From a bacterium (GTDB lineage Bacteria; Bacillota_I; Bacilli_A; RF39; UBA660): a stretch of 64,000 nucleotides of DNA. The position numbers were made by a program, and so were the translations under genes. The notes beneath the pieces are model-generated. The model ran no database searches and was not told where the DNA came from. It saw only the letters and a list, made by a program, of their open reading frames with translations. The stretch spans positions 83,692 through 147,691 of the forward strand of contig JAHZBE010000002.1 of NCBI GenBank assembly GCA_019423565.1, given 5' to 3'. Below are positions 27,902 through 35,972 of this stretch, piece after piece (within the stretch, counting starts at the first letter, position 1; every line of letters begins with the position of its first letter).

Positions 27902-29401
27902 TCATTCCCCATTTATAATACAATCCATCAAGCTATAATCACCACCAAATATACTTAATAATAAGCTTATAATTAGTGGTATAGTAATGAACAATATAAG
28001 TAATATCAATCTTTTTGGGAAATTCTTCTTTGATTTATTCATTTTTTCTACATCCGATGCAATTACAGCTTTTGCATAGTCTAAAGTTCCAAAAAATATT
28101 ACAGCAACTGGAGCTAAAATTCTAAGTACCACATAAAACCAGTGGAAAAAACTAACATCATCACATGTAAGTTCATAATGTTTATCAAAATTAATATCTA
28201 AAGTGGGGGCAGAAATACCTGAAAAATTTTTCCATAACTTTTCCTTATTATCCTCTAATTCCTTTTCAAGTTCTTCCTCATTTCTTTCTGCTTGTTTTTT
28301 ATATTGTTCTAAGCACTTGTTTTTTTCTGCATCTTGCGGTATTGAATAGCAATATTTACAATGATTAAAAGCATCGGAACTTCTACAGAATTTTTCCGCA
28401 TCTCCGTTTTCATTTTTACAATAATAATTACAAATAGGTATTTTTTCTTCTCCATCATCTTTATTGTTATCATCATACTTATCTTTTTTATCTTCAATTT
28501 TTTTAACATCAACTAGACTTTCTAAAAATGAAACGCAATTTTCATAATCAGTATTATCATCTAAACTATGATAAATTTTTTTATAAAACCACAGTAAATA
28601 TTCTGGATCATACTCAAGCATTACATATGAAGTAATGGTATACCAATTCATATAACGAACACGTAATAAACCAGCATAACTAGGATCAACATTTTCATCT
28701 TCTAATCCATAATTTTTTGTTGTTTTAGTTACATCACTTTCAACATTTTTTTTCGTCTGTTGATAATATTCTAGAGCTATGCCGCCTTCAGAATACTTAA
28801 TATCACAAGCTGCTAATTTTGCTTTTACGTCATTTTCACTCCCGTTAGAAACGAGTTCATTATAAACATCATGCTTATATTGAAATGTAGGATCATCTTT
28901 TTCTAAATTTTCTTTAAACATATACAGTTGTACACCTGCTTTAATAGATTTTTTTAAATCAATATAATATCCTTCATCCTCATTTGCACTAGATAATGGA
29001 TTGTAAATTAAATTGCCATTATAAAAAACCTCAGAATTTTTATTTGTCCTTTTCGCTTCAAATCCCGAACCTATGCCGTCATAATATACAATTATAAAAC
29101 TAGGACATCCATTATTCTTTACTTCAGATTCAAAACTTAAAGAAGAAAAAGATAAACCTGTTGGTGATGTAAATTTCATATTATAATCTAAAAAATTTTT
29201 AGAATAATCAAGTCTAATAGCAATGCCTTCATAAACAGCAGCTGTTCCAGTACCGGTACCAGCTCCGTATAATACCTTACCATCACGAACAGGTTCGGAA
29301 TACGTATAGTATTTACAATTTGCCTCAACTTTTTTATTAACAAACGTTGATATAAATACTATAAAAAATATTACTAAAATATTTAAAATTTTTCTTTTCA
29401 T
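27902..29401 (-). CDS. Secreted Cys-rich protein with C-terminal pilin-like (VirB2-like) two-TM module
   Basis: 499 aa with a signal peptide and a Cys-rich central region (CNYYCKNENGDAEKFCRSSDAFNHCKYCYS). The C-terminal about 95 aa (about 27902-28190), LRILAPVAVIFFGTLDYAKAVIASDVEKMNKSKKNFPKRLILLILFITIPLI, is paralogous to the 135-aa protein. Confidence 0.6.
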   Translation of the reverse strand: MKRKILNILVIFFIVFISTFVNKKVEANCKYYTYSEPVRDGKVLYGAGTGTGTAAVYEGIAIRLDYSKNFLDYNMKFTSPTGLSFSSLSFESEVKNNGCPSFIIVYYDGIGSGFEAKRTNKNSEVFYNGNLIYNPLSSANEDEGYYIDLKKSIKAGVQLYMFKENLEKDDPTFQYKHDVYNELVSNGSENDVKAKLAACDIKYSEGGIALEYYQQTKKNVESDVTKTTKNYGLEDENVDPSYAGLLRVRYMNWYTITSYVMLEYDPEYLLWFYKKIYHSLDDNTDYENCVSFLESLVDVKKIEDKKDKYDDNNKDDGEEKIPICNYYCKNENGDAEKFCRSSDAFNHCKYCYSIPQDAEKNKCLEQYKKQAERNEEELEKELEDNKEKLWKNFSGISAPTLDINFDKHYELTCDDVSFFHWFYVVLRILAPVAVIFFGTLDYAKAVIASDVEKMNKSKKNFPKRLILLILFITIPLIISLLLSIFGGDYSLMDCIINGE

Positions 29402-29440
29402 AAGTAAACCTACTTTCTCACTATAATAATAACATAAATT

Positions 29441-29467
29441 AAAAAAAAAAGAAACATATATTTTCTT
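29441..29467 (-). terminator. Intra-cluster terminator/attenuator immediately after the pilin-like gene
   Basis: On the minus strand: AAAGAAA-atatatg-TTTCTTT followed by an 8-T run, 3 nt after the stop at 29470. Confidence 0.55.
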
Positions 29468-29469
29468 TT

Positions 29470-29877
29470 TTATTTATCATATCTATCGCTTTGGTCCAAC
29501 TTAGGCCCATGAGTAGCTGCATCCCAGCATGCTGCAAAATTACTTTTTGGTGCCGCAAAAGTTATTACCGCTTCAACTATTGTTGGTATTAAGAATACTA
29601 TAACTGCTGCAATTATTCTCTTTACAAAAGGTTTTTGAGCTTCTTTAATTTTCTTCTCATCACCAGCTATAACAGCTTTTCCCATATCTAATGTTCCAAA
29701 TAAAATCAATCCAAAAGGTACAGCTATTCTTAATATTCTTATAGCTAATTTTACTAAATATAGAATACCAAGAATTGTTTCTGTTGGATCCTCACCGTTT
29801 CCTGTAGCAAAACTACATTCACCATCTAAAAAATCCAAAACATTTAATAAGTTCAACATAATTAATCCTCCTAACAT
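29470..29877 (-). CDS. VirB2/TrbC-like pilin-like small membrane protein
   Basis: 135 aa. Hydrophobic leader and two TM helices around LRIAVPFGLILFGTLDMGKAVIAGDEKKIKEAQKPFVKRIIAAVIVFLIPTIV. AGGAGG RBS at 29867-29872. First gene of the T4SS cluster. Confidence 0.55.
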   Translation of the reverse strand: MLGGLIMLNLLNVLDFLDGECSFATGNGEDPTETILGILYLVKLAIRILRIAVPFGLILFGTLDMGKAVIAGDEKKIKEAQKPFVKRIIAAVIVFLIPTIVEAVITFAAPKSNFAACWDAATHGPKLDQSDRYDK

Positions 29878-29890
29878 TTCTTATAAACTT

Positions 29891-29940
29891 ATTTTATAAT
29901 TATTAACATAAATTGTCAATAATTAATGAAAAATTTATGT
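29891..29940 (-). promoter_or_regulatory. Sigma-A-type promoter of the T4SS cluster, embedded in a 9-bp inverted repeat
   Basis: On the minus strand: TTGACA (29914-29919), 17 nt, TAAAAT (29891-29896). The inverted repeat ACATAAATT/AATTTATGT (29906-29914 / 29932-29940) brackets the -35. Confidence 0.55.
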
Positions 29941-29962
29941 CAAATGAATCAAATTAGTTTAA

Positions 29963-32647
29963 TTACTTTATTATTTCATCAAGAATATTTCTTATTTTAT
30001 CTTCTTCATTTGATCCATTTGTTTTTAATCTTACTAGTGGTATACCACATTTTTTTAAAATATTATTCTTTTTTTGATCTCTAATTTTTTGTATTTCTTT
30101 ATTATGAAATTTATAACTATCTACTTCAACTGCTAAAACAGGAGTTTTATCAAATTTATTATATATTAAAAGATCAATATGTGAATTTGTATGAATAAAT
30201 TTAATTTCTTCATCATTTAATATTTCCTCATCTTTTACTATTTTTATGAGTGGATAATGATTATTTAATACATCATAAACATTATATTTTTCTTTTTTTA
30301 ATATTTTCTTTAACATGTAATATGTAACATTCTCTGAATTAAAATTGAATATTTTAGGGTATTTACCTAAAAATTCTTCTAATTTTGTTTTATTTACTTT
30401 ATATAAAAGATCATAAATAGAATTTATATTACTTTGTATTTCTTCAAAATTATTATAATTTATATATTTTATTAAACTTGATATATTTGAATTATCATTT
30501 GACTTATATTCATATGGCGTTACTAAATATAATTTATTTACTGCTCTTGATATTGCAACATTAATTGAATTTGGATTATCTAAAAAACTATCTATATCAT
30601 TTGCGACAGTACTAAATATTATTAAATCTTTTTCACTACCTTGAAATCCATGTACAGTATCTATTTGAACATTTTTACAATCAATTCTATCAATCAGATA
30701 TTCTTTCTGTGGTCTATATGGTGTTACTAAACCAATAGAATCTTTATATATATTTATATTTTCATTTGGAATTAATTCATTTATAATTACATCTGCTTGT
30801 CTTTCATTATACCAACTTGTATTCTTTTTTCTAGCATGATTACCTTTTACACATTTATATCTTTTAATTGGTGACTCAACAGTATTCTTAGTTAATATTA
30901 TTAGTTCATTATTATAAAACATTTTATTACAAAATTCTATTATTTTAGGATGACACCTATAATGTTCTCTCAATATCGTTATTGGCATATTATCATATAT
31001 CTTTTTAGTTAAATCAAGCAAATTATTTTCCGTATAATTATATTTTTTATCTATTTCGTATTTATTAAATATATTATTATATTCATTTACTTTTTTTGAA
31101 TTCACTATATTGGGTAATTGCTTAGAATCACCTACTATAACAACATTTTTAGCGGAAGATAGAGCCAAAAATGCAGATGCTAAATCAACTTGTGAAGATT
31201 CATCTATTATTATATAATCAAATACATATCCACTAGAGATAGAGTTTAATAATGAATATGTTGTACTTAAAATAATTGGATAATCCTTTATTAATTTATT
31301 TGTATTTTTTACAGTTGTATTATTATATATATTTTTATTATTGTAATTTTCATAAACATAATTTTTAAAATATTTCATTGACAACTTTGTATAATTATCA
31401 AATTTATCTTCTAAATCAAATTTTGAAATAAAATTTTCTTTTTCTTTTATAATTCCATCTAACTCTTTTATCTTTTTTTCATAGTATAACTTTTCTATAT
31501 TTTCTAATATATCCTTTATTTTGTTATTATAAAGTTCTGGATTAAAAAATTTATATTTAATTTGTGATATAACTTGAACTTTTTTATTAAAATATTCTGT
31601 CATATTTTCCTGTTTATTCAAATAAAGAAAAAATTGATGAAGTCTTTCTGTTGATAGATTAGGCAACTTTATTTCTTGTATATTTGATATATTTTTATCA
31701 TAATGTTCATACTCTAGTTTTAATTCATATAGTTCTTGATTAAGTATAGCAATATCATTTTTATACTCTAAATATAAATCAATATCTTTTTTCATTATGT
31801 GTAAATCATTTATAATTTCTTCTTTTTTTCCATTATCAATATACCAAGAATTAGGATATGGTTTTATTTCAATTTGACTTTCAATAAATTTATCTATATT
31901 AGAAACTCTCCCTAATCTTGCACATAATGAAGATAAACCATTTTTTTCTAATTTTTCATACACATTTTTAGTCGCAGCATTATTATTTGAAACAACTGCA
32001 ACTGTTTTTTCATTAAGAATTATATTAGATAACATATTTAATATAGTTTGTGTTTTCCCTGTTCCTGGAGGTCCTTCTATAACACTTATTTTATTAGAAA
32101 GTGCATTTTCAAGTGCTTTTTCTTGACTAGAATTAAAACTAAATGGAAATATAATATTATTATCGCTAAAATCCATATCAGAAATAAATTCTTTTTCCCC
32201 TGAAATATAATTTTTCAAAACAGATTCTTCACTTATAAAAGTTAATTTTTCATATGCTTTTTTTAATATCTTATCATTTTTACCTCTTAATTCCTCATCA
32301 TGTTTTATATCATCTACAGTAATAGCATTTGATAATTCTTTAAAATAATCAAATATTTGTTTATTCTCTCTAGAGTTCAATAAAGTTTTTTCTATTTTTA
32401 TATTTTCTTTTTTATATATTTTACTTGTCCCATTTTCAAAAAATATTTTAATATATTCTTTAAAATCAAGAGCTTTTTTTACATGTGTTAAGGCTCTTGT
32501 AGTTACAAATCTATCTCCTGTTATATCAATTGGATCCTTATATATTATTAATTTATTTAAATCATAATCATCTATATTTTCAATAACTTTTTTAGTAATA
32601 TCTTTTTTCCACGAATCTAAAAACAAATATTTTTCTTCAAAATTCAT
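29963..32647 (-). CDS. SF1B (Upf1/DNA2-like) helicase fused to a C-terminal DUF2726-like nuclease-fold domain
   Basis: Walker A IEGPPGTGKTQT, Walker B IIIDESSQV, then VIVGDSKQLP, LREHYRCHPKIIEFCN, VHGFQGSEKD, NVAISRAVNKLYLV. C-terminal HIDLLIYNKFDKTPVLAVEVDSYKFHNKEIQKIRDQKKNNILKKCGIPLVRL. I prefer the ATG at 32647 (MNFEEKY...) because the track TTG at 32662 lies only 4 nt from the predicted TSS. Confidence 0.8.
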   Translation of the reverse strand: MNFEEKYLFLDSWKKDITKKVIENIDDYDLNKLIIYKDPIDITGDRFVTTRALTHVKKALDFKEYIKIFFENGTSKIYKKENIKIEKTLLNSRENKQIFDYFKELSNAITVDDIKHDEELRGKNDKILKKAYEKLTFISEESVLKNYISGEKEFISDMDFSDNNIIFPFSFNSSQEKALENALSNKISVIEGPPGTGKTQTILNMLSNIILNEKTVAVVSNNNAATKNVYEKLEKNGLSSLCARLGRVSNIDKFIESQIEIKPYPNSWYIDNGKKEEIINDLHIMKKDIDLYLEYKNDIAILNQELYELKLEYEHYDKNISNIQEIKLPNLSTERLHQFFLYLNKQENMTEYFNKKVQVISQIKYKFFNPELYNNKIKDILENIEKLYYEKKIKELDGIIKEKENFISKFDLEDKFDNYTKLSMKYFKNYVYENYNNKNIYNNTTVKNTNKLIKDYPIILSTTYSLLNSISSGYVFDYIIIDESSQVDLASAFLALSSAKNVVIVGDSKQLPNIVNSKKVNEYNNIFNKYEIDKKYNYTENNLLDLTKKIYDNMPITILREHYRCHPKIIEFCNKMFYNNELIILTKNTVESPIKRYKCVKGNHARKKNTSWYNERQADVIINELIPNENINIYKDSIGLVTPYRPQKEYLIDRIDCKNVQIDTVHGFQGSEKDLIIFSTVANDIDSFLDNPNSINVAISRAVNKLYLVTPYEYKSNDNSNISSLIKYINYNNFEEIQSNINSIYDLLYKVNKTKLEEFLGKYPKIFNFNSENVTYYMLKKILKKEKYNVYDVLNNHYPLIKIVKDEEILNDEEIKFIHTNSHIDLLIYNKFDKTPVLAVEVDSYKFHNKEIQKIRDQKKNNILKKCGIPLVRLKTNGSNEEDKIRNILDEIIK

Positions 32648-32672
32648 ATAATCACTTCTCAAACTTAAGCGT

Positions 32673-32701
32673 ATTATATCATTACTTATTTTATTTGTAA
32701 A
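32673..32701 (-). promoter_or_regulatory. Sigma-A-type promoter of the helicase gene
   Basis: On the minus strand: TTTACA (32696-32701), 17 nt, TATAAT (32673-32678). Confidence 0.55.
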
Positions 32702-32713
32702 ATAAATAATAAT

Positions 32714-32742
32714 ATAAAAACCACTTAAAATTTTAAGTAGTT
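32714..32742 (-). terminator. Rho-independent terminator of htrA
   Basis: On the minus strand: CTACTTAAAATTTTAAGTGG hairpin followed by TTTTTAT, about 13 nt after the TAG at 32755. Confidence 0.6.
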
Positions 32743-32754
32743 TCTATTGTTATT

Positions 32755-33834
32755 CTAATTTTTTTCTATTAACTTCATATCAAGTGTACTTTCTTTTCCA
32801 TCTCTTATATATGTTACTTTAATAGTATCACCTGTTTTATGCTCGTATAAATAATATCTAAGTGTACTAACGTTAGTTACTTTATTATCATCAAATTTAG
32901 TTATTACATCGCCAACTTTTAATCCTGATTTTTCTGCTGAATAACCATTTTCTAATTTTACTATTACAACACCTGATTTTATATTACTATCTAAATTTAT
33001 GTTATATCTATATAAACTATATTTATTACTTGCTTCTATTACTGATATTCCTATTGATGGTCTTTTTATTTCTTCACCTTTTTCTAGATATGTAACATAA
33101 TTTTTAACATCATTTATTGGTATTGCAAATCCCATACCTTCTATTTCTTCTGTTGCAAGTTTCATAGATGTAATACCTATTACTTCACCAGCCAAATTAA
33201 CAAGTGGACCACCACTATTACCAGGATTTATTGCAGCATCTGTTTGTATTACCTTTGCTATTATGGAATCTGTTTCTATCATTCTATCTTTACCAGATAT
33301 AATACCTCTTGTTATAGAACCACTATAATCTGATCCCATAGGACTACCAATTGCTATTACTGTTGATCCTAAATTAATATTATCACTATCGCCTAAAGTA
33401 GCAACCTTTTTAACTTTACTTTTATCTATTGAAAGAACAGCTATATCAGTATATTCATCACTACCAAGTAATTTAACCTCTACTGTTTCATTATCTGATA
33501 AAATAACCTCTATTTTATCTGCAGAATCTATTACATGGTGATTTGTAAGTATGTAACCCTTATTATCATCTACTTTATATACAAATCCTGATCCACTACC
33601 TATATTTTGATTATTTTTATAGCTTTCTACAGTTACAACAGAATCATATGCTTTATCTATTGAATCTTCTATTGCTGTTTCACTTAATTTTGTTTCATTA
33701 ACTGTTTTCTTTTCTGTTATTACTTTTGACTCTACTGGAAAATATTTTAAATATATAATAACTGCAAATACAGCACTAAATATTGTAAATACATAAGCTA
33801 AAAAATATTTAAATAATCTTTTCCTATCTTTCAT
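32755..33834 (-). CDS. htrA: HtrA/DegP-family serine protease with PDZ domain
   Basis: 359 aa with an N-terminal TM. Catalytic triad contexts TNHHVI, DIAVL, GNSGGPLVN. C-terminal PDZ-like region. Confidence 0.9.
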   Translation of the reverse strand: MKDRKRLFKYFLAYVFTIFSAVFAVIIYLKYFPVESKVITEKKTVNETKLSETAIEDSIDKAYDSVVTVESYKNNQNIGSGSGFVYKVDDNKGYILTNHHVIDSADKIEVILSDNETVEVKLLGSDEYTDIAVLSIDKSKVKKVATLGDSDNINLGSTVIAIGSPMGSDYSGSITRGIISGKDRMIETDSIIAKVIQTDAAINPGNSGGPLVNLAGEVIGITSMKLATEEIEGMGFAIPINDVKNYVTYLEKGEEIKRPSIGISVIEASNKYSLYRYNINLDSNIKSGVVIVKLENGYSAEKSGLKVGDVITKFDDNKVTNVSTLRYYLYEHKTGDTIKVTYIRDGKESTLDMKLIEKN

Positions 33835-33845
33835 ATTATCATCCT

Positions 33846-34781
33846 CTATTCTATATTTATCAAATCCATATAATTTTCTGGAAAACCTAATGTATCATAT
33901 ATTTTATTAATTTTAACTGATTTTATTTGCCATGTTAAATCTTGAAGTTTAAGATTTATTTCATCCATCATATGCATAAATTCATCTTTTGTAAGCATTT
34001 GTTTTAATATTATTATTAACGCAAATATATCATTTTTTCCTTTTATGTATTCACCAAATTCATCTTGCTTTATTTTTAGTTCATTATGATATTTAGTATT
34101 AGAAATATATTTTTGTGTTCTATGGTCAAATACTATATCTTCATGTGCACACAAATTTCTATAATTTGCAAGTAATGATAAATATACTTCCATATCTTCC
34201 ATTTCAATTCCATAAAGATCTGCAATTTCTTTTTGGTCCTCTGGTTTTAGTATACCATAAAGTTCATTTATTAAACCAAATGACAGCACTTTTACAAGTA
34301 CCCATAAAGGAATATAACCATAATTTGTTATATAATGAAGAGTTGCACTATGATTTTGACTATTTACTCTAATTTGCCTTTTCATTTTATTTATTACATC
34401 ACTAACTCTTCTTTTATCTTTATTGTCAGTTGTAAAATTTGATTCCTTTAAGTAATTTTTCTCTTTATAACCATATTTAATAGATAACTTATATGATATT
34501 ATACTTTTAATATTATTTTCTATTATTAATAAATTTTTAAATAATATATTTCTAAGTTCTCTATCAAATATAAAAATTGCATATAATTCATCAAAGGTTG
34601 CACCTTTTACAAATTTCTTTTCTTTTGATGAAACCATTAATACTCTTCTATATCCATTTATAAAAAAGTAATTTTCTTTTAAAAGTATATTTCTTGCTTC
34701 TTCTTCATCGTTTATAGTAAGACCCTTACTTTTAAATATTCCAAGTTGTTCATCAAGAGTTTTAAATTCTTTTTTATTCAT
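33846..34781 (-). CDS. Abi_2 (AbiD/AbiF-like) abortive-infection family protein
   Basis: 311 aa. Family-typical segments IENNIKSIISY..., PLWVLVKVLSFG and YRNLCAHEDIVFD (the RNxxAH motif). Confidence 0.7.
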   Translation of the reverse strand: MNKKEFKTLDEQLGIFKSKGLTINDEEEARNILLKENYFFINGYRRVLMVSSKEKKFVKGATFDELYAIFIFDRELRNILFKNLLIIENNIKSIISYKLSIKYGYKEKNYLKESNFTTDNKDKRRVSDVINKMKRQIRVNSQNHSATLHYITNYGYIPLWVLVKVLSFGLINELYGILKPEDQKEIADLYGIEMEDMEVYLSLLANYRNLCAHEDIVFDHRTQKYISNTKYHNELKIKQDEFGEYIKGKNDIFALIIILKQMLTKDEFMHMMDEINLKLQDLTWQIKSVKINKIYDTLGFPENYMDLINIE

Positions 34782-34903
34782 ATTTAAATCACCCTACTAT
34801 CATAAATTATAACATAATTTTTTTTAGACTTAAAGTATTTAAGTTTATTTCTACAACTTAACACTTTTTTCACATATTTTCACATTTTTAGTTATATTTT
34901 TTC

Positions 34904-34936
34904 ACAAAAAAAGAACACATATATATGTGTTCCTTT
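34904..34936 (-). terminator. Rho-independent terminator of the rplM-rpsI operon
   Basis: Perfect 20-bp palindrome GAACACATATATATGTGTTC (34913-34932) followed on the minus strand by a 9-T run. Confidence 0.8.
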
Positions 34937-34947
34937 CCATTACAATA

Positions 34948-35364
34948 TTAACGTTTACTGAATTGTGGTGCCTTACGTGCTTTCTTAAGACCTGGTTTCT
35001 TACGTTCTTTAATTCTTGAATCTCTTGTAATAAATCCTTTAGCTTTTAATATTCTTCTAAATGAAGTTTCGCTTGATGGATCTGTATTTTTATCATATTC
35101 TAATAATGCTCTTGTAATTCCTAAACGGATTGCTCCTGTTTGTCCTGAGAATCCTCCACCTTTTACTTCTACATCGATATCAAATTTATCTAATGTATTA
35201 GTTGCTTCTAGTGGTTGTTTTAAATCCATAACTAATGTTGGAAATGGTAAATATTCATTAACATCTCTACCATTAATAGTGATATTTCCTTTACCAGATG
35301 TCATTCTAACCTTTGCTATTGAAGATTTACGATGACCTGTACCATAATAAATTTTATTTGCCAT
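34948..35364 (-). CDS. rpsI: 30S ribosomal protein S9
   Basis: 138 aa. [16 protein letters not shown]... with C-terminal [17 protein letters not shown]. Confidence 0.95.
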   Translation of the reverse strand: MANKIYYGTGHRKSSIAKVRMTSGKGNITINGRDVNEYLPFPTLVMDLKQPLEATNTLDKFDIDVEVKGGGFSGQTGAIRLGITRALLEYDKNTDPSSETSFRRILKAKGFITRDSRIKERKKPGLKKARKAPQFSKR

Positions 35365-35375
35365 AATTTTCCTCC

Positions 35376-35807
35376 TTAGTCTACTTTCATTTCTTTTGGT
35401 TGTTGAGCAATATGTTTATGTTCGTTTCCTCTATAAACAAATAATTTTTTACCCATTTTACGACCAAGTCTATTATGAGGAAGCATTCCCTTAATAGCTC
35501 TTTCCATCATTTCTTCAGGATATTGTTCAAGCATTACTTTAGCTGTTCTTTCTCTTAATCCACCAGTGTAGCCACTGTGATTATAATACATTTTTTGATC
35601 AAGTTTATTTCCTGTAAGTTTAACCTTATCCGCATTGATTACTATTACATAATCTCCACAATCAACATTAGGTGTATATATTGCTTTGTGTTTTCCACGT
35701 AATACATTAGCAGCTTTTGTTGCAACTCTACCTAAACTGATACCTGTTGCATCAATAACATACCAATCACGTTTGATTTCGGCTGGTTTTGCCATAAATG
35801 TTTTCAT
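35376..35807 (-). CDS. rplM: 50S ribosomal protein L13
   Basis: 143 aa. [30 protein letters not shown]... Confidence 0.95.
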   Translation of the reverse strand: MKTFMAKPAEIKRDWYVIDATGISLGRVATKAANVLRGKHKAIYTPNVDCGDYVIVINADKVKLTGNKLDQKMYYNHSGYTGGLRERTAKVMLEQYPEEMMERAIKGMLPHNRLGRKMGKKLFVYRGNEHKHIAQQPKEMKVD

Positions 35808-35886
35808 AAATTTCTTCCCTTTCTCTCATAGATTAACCTCCCACAGTCAATCTATATGTGGGGTTTTTATAAATGTACCAATTAAG
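35808..35886 (-). ncRNA. Candidate ribosomal-protein L13 leader (5' UTR with hairpin)
   Basis: An about 80-nt leader lies between the predicted promoter and the rplM ATG. It contains the hairpin CCCCACA...TGTGGGAG (about 35838-35863) just upstream of the RBS. L13 leaders are described upstream of rplM in Bacillota. Confidence 0.35.
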
Positions 35887-35915
35887 ATTGTACTAGAATT
35901 TATATATAAAGTCAA
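35887..35915 (-). promoter_or_regulatory. Sigma-A-type promoter of rplM-rpsI
   Basis: On the minus strand: TTGACT (35910-35915), 17 nt, TACAAT (35887-35892). Confidence 0.6.
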
Positions 35916-35942
35916 TAAAGTAAAATTAAAATTTTAATATTT

Positions 35943-35972
35943 TTCAAAAAAAATTACAAGTTTCCTTGTAAT
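35943..35972 (-). terminator. Rho-independent terminator of cdaA-cdaR
   Basis: On the minus strand: ATTACAAG-gaaa-CTTGTAAT followed by an 8-T run, starting right at the stop codon. Confidence 0.75.

Larger units (their letters stand above)
16751..32662. mobile_element. Putative ICE-derived / T4SS accessory island (boundaries uncertain, no integrase or relaxase seen)
   Basis: A contiguous block of fic, a VirD4/VirB4/VirB6/pilin-like T4SS module and a helicase-nuclease, flanked by core genes (rhodanese, rmuC / htrA, rpsI). No att sites identified. Confidence 0.35.
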
